Origin: Lepidodermella squamata
Taxonomy: Eukaryota; Animalia; Gastrotricha
DNA length: 64,000 nt
NCBI GenBank assembly: GCA_047495785.1
Contig: JBLDXI010000025.1
Coordinates: 744,001 to 808,000 of the forward strand
Reading direction: 5' to 3'
Below the pieces are notes generated by a model. It did not search any database and had not been told where the DNA came from. It saw only the letters and a list, made by a program, of their open reading frames with translations. This document shows, one piece after another, positions 39,245 to 50,175 of the stretch. Every line of letters begins with the position of its first letter. Positions within the stretch are counted from its first letter, which is position 1. The position numbers were made by a program, and so were the translations under genes.

Positions 39245-40768
39245 ATGAGTCATTTCGAAGGCTCACAGGAAGCGGATGGTTGGGATTTCCCGAACCAGAC
39301 TTTCATGGATCAGTCTGTGGAAGAAGCCAGGACGCAATCTTCACCGATTTTCACCAGAACAGGTGCGACGGGTTCGACAGCGCCGCCCGAGACTGGTTCG
39401 AAGACCCGCGGTGGCGTGAAGAGAGCAGGCGCTCAGAATGCTGGACCGACGAACTCGCCGCCCGCAATGAAGGCCGATTCGAGGCGGGAAGAGAGGCAGC
39501 GAGCCATTGAGCGAGCCACCATTGTGTTAGACGACGCCGATCCTTCTTATAAGGACGATGAAAGTGTTGAATTAGAGCTTAAGCGAGCTGGAAAAGGTTT
39601 GCTGAGAATTCTAAAAATCAAATTTCTGGGCAAAGGTGGCATACGGGTAACTTTTATCACGCCGGAAATGGCCGAGTTGGCGATGAAACGCGACGGCTGG
39701 CCGAAAGACGCATTTGGAGGAAAAGTCCGAGTTCACAGGTCAGGGCTCTTCTACAAGCTCTTTCCTGAGCTAGGACCGCCGCCGGTTGACGCGCAGCAGG
39801 TATCTACAAACCCGCAACAGCGAGCAATAGCCGAAGGAAGAGCAGTTTTCTGCCACAACTTTCCGCAATCCATCACCGCCGAGCAAATCAAGCTACATTG
39901 GGCCGAACACGTGGAGGAAGTTACCGTAATTAGAAAAGACCAGAGATTGACTGTAATGTGCTTCATGAAGACGACGGAATTAGCTGCAAAAATAGTCAGT
40001 GGAGGCGGCCTGGATTGGAAGGGCATTCGAGCCATCGTTGGGAATGAAGTCAAGCTAAAGCTCAACCCTGATCGCTGCAGCAACTGCCAAAGCTTTGATC
40101 ACACAACAACTGCTTGCAACGCGGAAACAAAGTGTGGCTGGTGTGCTGAGGATCATTTTACCGCCAAATGCCCAAATCGAAACAAGCTTGAGACCCGACA
40201 CTGTGCTAACTGTGACGAACCACATGCGGCTGGTTACCACGGCTGCAAGCACGTCAAAGCAGCTTGGTCAAAAATGGCCAACAAAACTCGTACCGCTATT
40301 CACAACATTCTAGGAGAAGCTTCTCAATCGACTATCGAAGGTCCCAAGAAGCTGCGAGCTGCCCCGCCGCCAACGAGCAACGTCTGGCTCACATTGCAGC
40401 ATCAGCAGTTGGCCCCTTCTGCACCAAAACCGCCGCCCGGAGCGAAGCCGCCGCTAGCTGCGGCGTCGCTTACCGATGATCAGTTCCAAGAGCTGATAGA
40501 CCGCTTGGTGCCGAAAATTGTCGAGCGAGTCCAAACACAGCTGGCCGACCAAATTCACGTGCTTGTCGAGGCGCAAAACGCGCAAATACGCCAACTCAAC
40601 GAACGGTTTGATAGGTTTTTCGCTCAATTGTCTGTTAAGTTTGAAGAGCGAAATACGCTCTTGAACGGCGACTACTTTGTCAACGTCGCCAACAAGCAGA
40701 GCTCAGGGGTAGGTCATACAGCCGCTGAAAGCAACCAGGGTATGCGACTTTCTACCTCTAAAACATGA
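39245..40768 (+). CDS. LINE ORF1, gag-like nucleic-acid chaperone
   Basis: Three CCHC knuckles (CSNCQSFDHTTTAC, CGWCAEDHFTAKC, CANCDEPHAAGYHGC), RRM-like segment, coiled coil. Confidence 0.9.
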   Translation: MSHFEGSQEADGWDFPNQTFMDQSVEEARTQSSPIFTRTGATGSTAPPETGSKTRGGVKRAGAQNAGPTNSPPAMKADSRREERQRAIERATIVLDDADPSYKDDESVELELKRAGKGLLRILKIKFLGKGGIRVTFITPEMAELAMKRDGWPKDAFGGKVRVHRSGLFYKLFPELGPPPVDAQQVSTNPQQRAIAEGRAVFCHNFPQSITAEQIKLHWAEHVEEVTVIRKDQRLTVMCFMKTTELAAKIVSGGGLDWKGIRAIVGNEVKLKLNPDRCSNCQSFDHTTTACNAETKCGWCAEDHFTAKCPNRNKLETRHCANCDEPHAAGYHGCKHVKAAWSKMANKTRTAIHNILGEASQSTIEGPKKLRAAPPPTSNVWLTLQHQQLAPSAPKPPPGAKPPLAAASLTDDQFQELIDRLVPKIVERVQTQLADQIHVLVEAQNAQIRQLNERFDRFFAQLSVKFEERNTLLNGDYFVNVANKQSSGVGHTAAESNQGMRLSTSKT

Positions 40769-43671
40769 CCATTATAGGGCAGTGGAACAGCGGGCATGGT
40801 CAGATTTTCAACCGATTAGCTGAACTCATCTTTATGATTCAAACATTATTTCTCGATATTGTATTAATTAACGAAATTTGGCTAGATAACAACCAAATTC
40901 TAGAAATTCCAGGTTTTACAGTGTTTCAGGTCGTCAGAGAAAGCCGCTCATCTAATGATGCCAATTACGGAGGCGTCGCAATAGCTGTTAAAAATAACAT
41001 TAGGATAATTGATCAATTCTCTTACCGAACTCAGTACAGCGAGTGGTGCGCCGTTAGGGTAGCTGGCAAAAATGGCAAGACACTGTTAGTATCAACAGGC
41101 TACTGCTCACCGAAAGAGAAGCTTGACACGTCCTTTCTCCAATTGTGTCTGGGCGGAGTTACGGATGCTAATGAGCCCTGTCTCTTTGCAGGCGACCTAA
41201 ATTGCTGGCACCCTCTGCTTTCGGCCCCGGACGACCGGGAAAATCCCTCGGGCACCCGGTTAATCGAATGGTTGGCTTGTGAGGGTCACACTCTCATCAG
41301 CTCGGGCGAGCCAACTCATTTCTCACATACAGGTCGAGGTCGCCAAATCGACATTTGGCTCGCAAATCAAGCCGCTCTTCCGATGGTCGTGGACGCACCG
41401 GCGGTCGAAGACAAATTTGGTAGCGACCATTGCTGCACTCGATTAAATGTGAAATTTTCTAGCTCACCCGACATTCCACGCCCTACCACCTCCGAACCTC
41501 GGTTTAACTACTATAAAGCGAGCTGGACACAATTTGAAGCTCGGCTCAAATTCTACCTCGAGATTCTTGCTGTACCGCTAAAACCGAAACCGGGCGACCC
41601 TGTCAGCTCTTTGGACGACTATGTCAATGCGATTTTGGACTCCCTGACAAGGGCAGCTAAGGAGACGATTCCCATGTGCACCGAGGCGACACTGCCGTCG
41701 TGGAAACTAACTCCAGAGATTGCAGGCAAGCTGGAACAGCGGAATAGGCTACAGAGGCTTCGAGATCACGCAGCGAATTCGGCCGACAGAGAACTGCTCA
41801 AAGCCGAAATCAATACGCTGAGCAATATCATCAGGCGCCTAGTGCTGAATCAAAAAATCGCCGAGTGCGAAAAATTTCTCAGGAAAATTGCGAAGCTTTT
41901 TAATGAAAGTAAAAGCAGGTCAGCATGGCAGGCCGTCAATTCGAAGCTGTCACGTCGACGCCGCCAGAGGAAAATTGCCACTCTTCGCAATGCACAAGGT
42001 ACGAATATTTTAGATGACAGGGGTAAGGCCGAGCTCTTAGCGGAAACGTTCGGCAAAGTCGCCGAAGGACCGCCTGTCACTTCAAACAAGGCAGAAGATG
42101 TTAAATTCTGGCAGCAGGTCAGCTCTGAGGTGGCGAACGACGACAGCCTGAAGCCGCTCGAGACGATACCGACGGACCAGTCAGTTGATGTGCCCAAATG
42201 GGCGGTGCGTCAAATGCTCAAAGGTTTGAAGTGGAAGGCCCCTGGGCATGATAACGTTTCAAACGTGCTTCTAAAGCGCGGGGGCTCGCCTCTGGTTAAA
42301 CACCTGCGATGTCTCTATAAGTTGAGTTTGAACAGCGGCTACGTACCGTTAGTTTGGAAAATTGCTATTATTGTACCTATTTTGAAAGAAGGGAAAGATT
42401 CGCGTCTCCCAGAGTCATATAGGCCCGTGTCGCTCCTGCCAACGCTGGCCAAAGGTTTGGAAATTATTGTTGCTAAATTTCTATACTATTTTATCGAAAA
42501 ACACAAACTTCTGCCTGCCCACCAATTCGGTTTTCGCTCACTTAGGTCCACCATCGATGCAATTTTCCTTTTCATCAGTGATATTGGTATAGCCCTGTCT
42601 AAAAAATATAAATTAGTTGCTCTTCTGTTGGATTTCAAAGCCGCTTTCGACTGCATCTGGCACGATGGTCTTAGGTACAAACTAAAACAGTCTGGTGTTC
42701 CTACTTCAATTGTTAGATGGATTTCCGACTTCTTAAAAGACAGGTCATTCCGGGTAAGAGTAGGATCCGAACTCAGCGATAGTAAAAATATTTTTTGCGG
42801 CGTACCACAGGGGTCGCCTTTGTCTCCTCTACTTTTTATTTTTTACGCGGCAGAAATGCAGCCAAAGTCTTTCGCCCCGGACGACGGCATGCGCCGAGTT
42901 GGGAAGGCGACCTTCGCCGACGACGCGATTAATTGGGCATACGGGAAAGACTACGCCTCATGTGTCAAGCGGCTCCAGCGACGCCTCACGGCGACTGAAA
43001 AATGGTGCAATCGTTGGCGCTTGAAACTTAACCCTTGCAAATGTGAGGCGATGATCTTTGGACATTACGGTGGAACACCGCCAACTGTGCTACTTCAGCT
43101 CTATGGGCAACCCATTCCTCAAGTGACTAAGGTGCGATATTTGGGCCTTAACTTAACGCCACAACTGTCGTGGAACTATCATGTTAATTGTATCGCGGCT
43201 AAACTTAAGCCCCGCGTCGGTGCCTTGTATGGCCTGGCGCGGCGCCATGTCCTCGAAAAGCGGCTGTGTTTGTCTTTTTATAGGACGCTTTTAGAATCTG
43301 TTATTATTTACGCGGCGCCCGCGTTTTACTGCCAGCCTCCCTCGACAAAACAGCACCTTCTTGATCTACAGGCCCACGCCCTTCGAGCCCTCCTTGACTT
43401 GCCCTATGAGACCGACCCTATCGACGTCATTGCCTATGCCCGCGTCGAAGCTATTGATGATGTTTTTGAAAACGCCCTTAAGAACTATGGCTCTCGCTCC
43501 ATGGCATGCGGCCTTGAGGTGGCTGAATACCTGAAGTTCGTCGCGGAAATACAGCCTGCCAATGAAACAGCGCGACAAGTGCTTGAAAGCAAATGCCCTG
43601 CGTGGCACCTTCGAAACGCAGTAGCTTCCTCAGCCGCGACAATCGATAGCCGCCAATGGATTTTAATATAA
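40765..43671 (+). CDS. LINE ORF2, APE endonuclease + reverse transcriptase (no RNase H seen)
   Basis: QWN, GGVAIAVK, GDLN, SDH (APE); KAPGHD, YRPVSLL, QFGFR, LDFKAAFD, GVPQGS, FADD, RYLG (RT); ATGA overlap with the ORF1 stop. Confidence 0.95.
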   Translation: MTIIGQWNSGHGQIFNRLAELIFMIQTLFLDIVLINEIWLDNNQILEIPGFTVFQVVRESRSSNDANYGGVAIAVKNNIRIIDQFSYRTQYSEWCAVRVAGKNGKTLLVSTGYCSPKEKLDTSFLQLCLGGVTDANEPCLFAGDLNCWHPLLSAPDDRENPSGTRLIEWLACEGHTLISSGEPTHFSHTGRGRQIDIWLANQAALPMVVDAPAVEDKFGSDHCCTRLNVKFSSSPDIPRPTTSEPRFNYYKASWTQFEARLKFYLEILAVPLKPKPGDPVSSLDDYVNAILDSLTRAAKETIPMCTEATLPSWKLTPEIAGKLEQRNRLQRLRDHAANSADRELLKAEINTLSNIIRRLVLNQKIAECEKFLRKIAKLFNESKSRSAWQAVNSKLSRRRRQRKIATLRNAQGTNILDDRGKAELLAETFGKVAEGPPVTSNKAEDVKFWQQVSSEVANDDSLKPLETIPTDQSVDVPKWAVRQMLKGLKWKAPGHDNVSNVLLKRGGSPLVKHLRCLYKLSLNSGYVPLVWKIAIIVPILKEGKDSRLPESYRPVSLLPTLAKGLEIIVAKFLYYFIEKHKLLPAHQFGFRSLRSTIDAIFLFISDIGIALSKKYKLVALLLDFKAAFDCIWHDGLRYKLKQSGVPTSIVRWISDFLKDRSFRVRVGSELSDSKNIFCGVPQGSPLSPLLFIFYAAEMQPKSFAPDDGMRRVGKATFADDAINWAYGKDYASCVKRLQRRLTATEKWCNRWRLKLNPCKCEAMIFGHYGGTPPTVLLQLYGQPIPQVTKVRYLGLNLTPQLSWNYHVNCIAAKLKPRVGALYGLARRHVLEKRLCLSFYRTLLESVIIYAAPAFYCQPPSTKQHLLDLQAHALRALLDLPYETDPIDVIAYARVEAIDDVFENALKNYGSRSMACGLEVAEYLKFVAEIQPANETARQVLESKCPAWHLRNAVASSAATIDSRQWILI

Positions 43672-45487
43672 CGCTCCAACTACATTGAACGTTTTTACAT
43701 TGCGAATTCTAATAGACAGCTACGAATGGCATGATACCACTTCTACCCTCATTTTATATATTTTTACACTACATACATGATTGTTTTGATACATTTTACT
43801 CGTTAGGAGGCTCGAGTCAACGCGCCGAGAGCGTCTATGACGGATGGTGGTACAAATAAAATCCTTCACATGCCAATGGTGGACTGGTTACGCTTCTTTC
43901 TCCGCAAACGTTTGGCCTCGCCCGATTCAAGAGGTAAAAGGTTACATACGGAGGCAAGGGAACTGCTACGGCAATGATGTCGCCATTTTCTATGACGTCA
44001 AGAACGCTCAGGAGTGTGCGAACAAATGCGACCGTGTCTACCGCGATCGATGCGTCGCATTTGTATTTATCCGAAAAGACAAAGACTGTTTTCTAAAATC
44101 AGCATCCTGTAACGGCCCAGGGGCCACCAATGACGATGATAAGGACCCTTGGATGTATGACAAAGTCCACAAAGCTCGTCCTCCAACTATGCGATCCGGC
44201 CTCTTTTTGCCGGGCTACGTTTCTTTAGTCACATTTGAGTGCGCTGCCGGAACTACTAGCAACCTAATGTCGCTTTCAAAATGCGCAGATTTGTGCAAGA
44301 GCAAGCGCGGAAAATGCGTTGCTTATGAGCACCAATACGTTGACCCGCCCGGGGGTCAATGCTGCATGTTCTACAGTGCGCCGTTGACGACTCTGACGGT
44401 CAGCACCCCGAGTTTTATTTACTACCCAACAGACATAGACAAAGGCCCATGTCCGTACGGCGTCAGATATCAGGACACTTGTTTGATCGTTCTAAATATG
44501 GAATTATTGGCAGCTACTGATCACGCCGCTAGGTGTTCTGCTATGGGCGGAACTTTGACTTTGCCAATTCATGCTCCAGAGAAACAAAGGCTAATCGTGG
44601 ATGTGTTGGCAAAATTTGGGGTACTGAAATATCCGCATCCAGAAACAATATTCGATTACGGCGCGCTAAACAAAGCCACCTATTCCAAGAGCTCGCCTTA
44701 TTTTGCATCGCAGATAAATAAGCTGAACTTGTCTTCTTCACCGGCTTATGAGCTGTGGCCTTGGTCTTGGCCGTGAGTTTATCCTTACAAAGTTTTAACC
44801 AAGTGAAGCAGTGAACCGTAGATAAAAATGTTGATGATATGTGTTCATATTGGACACTGGAGGGACTTTTATCTTAAAAAAGCGAATATTTAACGGCCCA
44901 GGGAACATTTAAGGAACAAAAATTCTGAATTCAGTAAAAACGGCCAGAATTTTTGTAGGGAAATGCACAGGCCATAGACAACACTGTGACAGATAGGACA
45001 TCAAAGATCTTTCCCTAGGGAATTCATTCGAGCTGAGTGCGGTTGGTTGAATAATTTATTGCGATATTCCGATTTTTTTCGGCTGTGCATATTGGACTTC
45101 GTATTGACTTGTATTGATAGACTAGTATTGATTGTTGGATAGAGAAGTTTCCAACGTGGATAAACTATTTCTTTCAAAATTTTCAAAAATTTTCCGAAAG
45201 AGCCAACCGCAGCAGAAGTATGGCTACTTTTCCAAAATCACCAATTTTAGCCCTTTTTGGCGAATTTTAGAAAATTATCCATAAAGGACCACCAGATGTC
45301 CCTGGTATCATTAGATAGAGGGCTGTTTCTAGTATATATGTATATATCGTTAGCGCCTTTAAATAAGTCTGATTTAGGTTTGTTTATATCTTTTTCAAGG
45401 TGAGGGGTGACAAGTAATAAGTCATTTGTTGCCGCACGTTGAAAATGCCGCTTTTTACTTTTTTTTACTTTTTACGCTTTTTACTTT

Positions 45488-45625
45488 TGAGAGAAGCACG
45501 AAATATAGATCGAGTAAAACTCATTCACCTCGTGAAATCTCGTCTCCACTGGCCTGTCGGCTCGTTCCGCCTCGATTTCACTCGTTTCATTCGTTTTAAT
45601 CGATCTATATTTCGTGCTTCTCTCA
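45488..45625. repeat. Palindromic element 1 (26-bp perfect arms, internally symmetric)
   Basis: TGAGAGAAGCACGAAATATAGATCGA ... TCGATCTATATTTCGTGCTTCTCTCA. Confidence 0.8.
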
Positions 45626-45676
45626 TAAATAGATTCCTACTCATGTTATATCATACAAATATAGCATTCGTTTTAA

Positions 45677-45889
45677 AAATATAGCGTTAGTAGGTATGCT
45701 CATGCAATATTTTTTGATACAGCACTCGAAAATCGTTTATATCTGAACTCGCCGAACTTACTCATCTCCACTTGTCTGCGACTCGTTCCGATTCGTAAAT
45801 CTCGGCCGGCTCCGTTCAGATATAGACTCTTTACTCTTGCTAGATCAGACAAATATTGCATTATGAGCACATCTACTAACACTATATTT
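45677..45889. repeat. Palindromic element 2 (interrupted long hairpin)
   Basis: Paired blocks (GTTAGTAG, TGCTCAT, GCAATATT, TATATCTGAAC) and a core shared with element 1. Confidence 0.75.
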
Positions 45890-47779
45890 CACTAACACTA
45901 ACACTAAATTTCACATCATTTTTTTTTAATTGTATACGTAGTCCTGATTTCGACCCCAATGAATGGCTTGTCGGGGCAGGCTCAACTTTTTTCAACGATG
46001 TACTTGTTTACGATCAATTCATACCTATTTGTGAAATCCGTGAGTTTTCAATGATTTTTCTCATTCGAATGTACGCATTTCCCACGTTTAGCTGTAAGTC
46101 AATCATATCCCCAAGATTGCCGATTTACTCCAGCAGGTCGCGAGTATAATGGTCAAATGTCGAAAACTGCAAGTGGGGCTTCGTGCGCCAGATGGGACGC
46201 TACAGCCTACAGCCAAATGCAATACAGATTCCCTGAGCAGAGCGTCAAGCATTCCTACTGTCGGAATCCGGACCCCGCTTTGATGCCAAACGGCCCGTTC
46301 TGCATGCGGGATGATGATAAAACCAAAGCTGAATATTGCGATTCTTTGCCAATGTGCGGTGAGTTAGCTTAGAAGTCTTCGAATTGACTTTCGTTTGCAT
46401 CCTGAATAATGATTTCAGCCGAATCTGACTGGGCAACTGGTCAGGTGTTCACAGATCCTTATATGCCCTACGCAGCCATAACTTTAAGCAACGATTCTTA
46501 CAAATGGACAACCGAACGCTTCGACACGAATGCGAGTGCGATCTGTAGCCTAGATATGCCAGATTGTAAGCCTAAACGCGAATGTTTACTGCGACGCATT
46601 TATGTTTCTGTTAATAGGGTGTCCATATTATTTTCAAGGCAGTTGCTACATAATCTATAGAATGTCTAGAAACCGAGCCGAAGCCGCCGCTATCTGCCTG
46701 AAAACGAATTCTCACCTGCTCACAATAGAAAGTGAGGCTGAGCAGCATTACATCACAAGCATAACAATGCACCTTGGAAGTAAGCTGCCTAACCAATATA
46801 GAGTCTCACTTTACATTTTGAAACAGGAAAATGGCAGGGCGGTGTAATGGGCTATCATCTTGGAATATCGTCGCGTATCAACGCGACTGGTCAATATCCG
46901 AAATGGGACACCGGAGCGGCGGTTACTTTTTCAAATTATCAGAAAGATAGGCCATATGCGACGAACTCATCCCCATATTCAATTGTCGGTTGCATATACT
47001 TCGGCTTTGAGAATAATTATTTGTCCAGCGAATGGTACGACGATTCTTGCACTTCTAACGCCTATCCAATCTGCGAGATCGAACTGGCCGGATAAAAATT
47101 TACCGGGCAGTTGACAATATCAGTACACAATACATATAGTTGTCGGTTGGTCTCATTTGCTAAAATCATTGCTGCGCCTTTACCACTCGAAAGTTTGACT
47201 TAAACTTGGGTTGAATTGGTTTGATTAGCGAACCTTCATATTATCACTTAATTTTTATTTCAAACGTTCTACCGAATTCTAGCGATTCTTCTTGCAGTTT
47301 TCGGCGTACAAGATGGGCCAGGGTGAGCCTCCGTAGCTCACTCATTGTGGCTACGATCAACGATCTTCAAAATACAATTACAATTGAAATGCCATCAAAA
47401 TAGAGGAAGAATTTTAGTTATTTCATTTGTTGTGTTCATGGTTATCGTTAAAAATTCGATTCGCATACACTATGTACAACTAGGGAGGAAGTTGTTTTGA
47501 ACCTGTAGGCATTTTGGCAAGATTTTGGCGGGCTCCGAGCTTTAGTATTTAAGTTTAGTGATATTTCTTGTTTCTTGGCTCATTTTATAGGTGAGAGCAT
47601 GTAAGCTGAGTAGCAATCTCTAATAATCTTCTGTTGTGTGAATAATCGATTATTTTCTTCAGCGCTTTAAGCTTTATAATAATTACGCACATGACTAATG
47701 AAATTCAAAGTTTCAATTTTCCATTTATTCCGTTCATATCCTGTTGATTATTTCAGATGATACATTGATATATCTGCAA

Positions 47780-48208
47780 AAGGATAAAGTGATGCTCGCT
47801 CAGTTATATCAATATCCAGGCCGGAGTTTCTTTCATGTACTTTCGATAGTTACTCGCTTCCGGTCCTTTCAGCATGTGCGCCTCGGTAAGGAACGTCGTA
47901 ATGGTAAGAACCACAGTGTTGACCGATGCTTCAAGCTTCTCAATAACAAAATACCAACCAGCACGCGGTAAAGCCCACAAGGCGATGCACCAGTGGAATG
48001 TCGACTCGGCGACGTGAGTTAGGATGTCGCGATCAGTTCAAAATGCCAGTCTTCAAAACTTTCAAATCTTTGCGATGTGGATCGGTGACGAAGGCTCGGT
48101 GCTGCTTGTCGGCAATGCTAGCGATTGCGCGGCAAACGAAGCGTCCAAAGCATCAAGCAGATGGTTATCGGAAACGATGTTGAAATAGGGCGCAGGAAAT
48201 GAAGTCCT
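47780..48208 (-). pseudogene. Decayed copy of the last exon of the DUF1295 gene
   Basis: Aligns to about 57767-58190 with several indels and frameshifts; exon 1 is absent. Confidence 0.85.
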
Positions 48209-48420
48209 AAAATTATCAATTTTAGTCAATTGTTTAATCCAAGTTCACGACAGTTTCATTTGGGATCAGTTTAATTTTACTTCGTTTTTCAATTAACTCG
48301 TCAAAGCCTAACGGCATCTTTTCCTGTCACCCTATATTTGAAAAAAATCCAGTAGGGTGACTAAAACCACAGGGCGTCTAACTGGCATATCTAATTGGCG
48401 CCTGGGGATGAGCCTGGTAG

Positions 48421-49476
48421 GGTTAACTCGTGCGCAACTTTCGTGGGCGTAACCTGTGTGCGCGACCTGTTGTGTGTATAGTGTATGGGCGAAACGCGTG
48501 TCCAGAAGGCGACCAATAAAAATTGTGTTAAATAAAAATAAAAATGTAGTTAAATTTCCATTAGAAGGTATCTATTACACGACTCACGCTCGATTTTTTC
48601 AGACTTTTGCTTTGACTGTTTTTAATTAAATTCAGTGAAACATGAAACACAAACCCGGCGTTTGCAAGACATGCCGTAAAAGGCGCCGAAAGATTCACTT
48701 TATTGCGCAGCTTGCGAAAAAGCCAATCTGGAACTAGTTGGGGCCGCTTTGAGGTGTGAAGGCCCTCTAGTCGCAGTCGATGTTCGCGTAATAATAACCC
48801 GCGATTCGCCTTCGAAAAAGCGCGGACGGCCACCGAAGCGCCTCGAAGTGCCAGTCGCCGTTAAATCACATTGTAATTTCATAATTATTCCTTTTTTCAT
48901 TTTTATGATCCACCTTAATTACAATAGCGCCTCCGCCGCGTAAGCAGATGCATGCCGAGGAAGAGCCAGTGGCTAAACGGAAACGCGGAATAATTTAAAC
49001 TTTTAGGCTTGGCACCATCACGTCAACTCAAAAATTTCGAAAAATCACCCCACGTTTTGGTCCTTCGTCGAATTTTGCTCATCCAAGAAGAGCAACTATC
49101 GAAAACCTGTTACTCCAGCAGGCAACTGCCACTAACGTGAAGCCACAACGACAGCAAATCGACAACCCGTACAACCAGAAGTTGCGATTTCGCGCTGAGC
49201 AACTAGAAACCGACCTTGCTAAGCTAAAAGGCCAGCGTCTGACGGCCGCTAAAGAAAATAATCGTCAAGTTGAAATGTTCAAAAAGTTTTTAGACGGCGC
49301 TGGCGTTCATCACCCTAGCATTTCTGGCGGCTGCTGATATTTTTCCGAATTTATTTGTTGTTAAAATGAAATTTCCCTTATTTCTGACTATTTTCCGAGT
49401 TAATTACTAAAGGCTGCGCACACAGGTTGCCACAGCAAAAGTTACGCACAGAAAGTTGCGCTTACGGGAATTGACC
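48421..49476. mobile_element. MULE/MuDR-derived non-autonomous element, 1056 bp
   Basis: 8-bp TSD CCTGGTAG; imperfect TIRs GGTTAACTC..GCGCAACTTTC / GAAAGTTGCGC..AATTGACC; remnant AWHHHVNSKISKNHPTFWSFVE resembles the WH..HP.IW.F motif of MULE transposases. Confidence 0.75.
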
Positions 49477-50175
49477 CCTGGTAGAGCAGGAAAAGCTTTT
49501 CAGTTTGGGTTTGAGGTAACTCAGAAGTCAGCTGGAACTGTACTAGCTGCGCTAACGACGATGCCGTTCCCGACCTGGCACAACTTGGTTTCCACAGTTC
49601 GCAGGTCCGGTTTATGTCTTGAATACCCTATCAGGGAAACATCAAGACTTGGCAAGGCACTACTTCATACATTATTGTGAATGAATCGAACATTGAGGAT
49701 CTGCCATTCATGACCCTAAATATCGTCATAGAGAAATAACTACAGCGAAAATGGCATCGCCTAATTGATGATCACATGACACATGATTATTATCACAAGC
49801 TAGTTAGTTCGATAGCGCGATGCCAGCCGGCAGATCCTTACATACCCTTCCATGTTTCCAGCTAGAAGGCCTTTAGCTTTACGTCAATCAGTGTTTAGTC
49901 TCTGTACCACCACAATATTTTCCGATGCATTTTTCGTCGAACAAACGCAAACCTAACGATTTGAACTAAGCAAAGCTCGATTTAAACTAAGATCGATACC
50001 GCCGCCTCGGCTGTGGACGCCAAACCCCAGCACTGCAAAAATGAACCAAAGGTGCGCTGCCTTGATTCATTATCTAATCAATCACTGCGTTTATGAGGCG
50101 TTGCTTAACAGCACATGTCAACACGGAGGCCATAATATTGCATTTGCTGAGATTCGACGGGCATTTAATACAAAA

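Larger units (their letters stand above)
39042..43874 (+). mobile_element. Full-length non-LTR retrotransposon (Jockey/I-group-like LINE), 4833 bp
   Basis: Two intact ORFs; boundaries defined against the empty site in copy 3; short TSD AATG (39038-39041 / 43875-43878); AATAAA at 43855-43860; no poly(A) tail. Confidence 0.9.
37472..47095 (+). pseudogene. PAN/CTLD/kringle copy 2, disrupted by a LINE insertion in exon 3
   Basis: The exons examined are otherwise open. Exon 3 starts at 39004 (ILRQYASPNVTK) and resumes at about 43877 (WWTGY), matching the uninterrupted exon of copy 3 at about 53505-53555. Confidence 0.8.

Noticed and set aside
43801-43880. Splice rescue of lectin copy 2 via an acceptor in the LINE 3' UTR
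   Set aside because: The AG sites at 43806 and 43809 give the wrong phase for the available donors, and an in-frame TGA precedes 43844.
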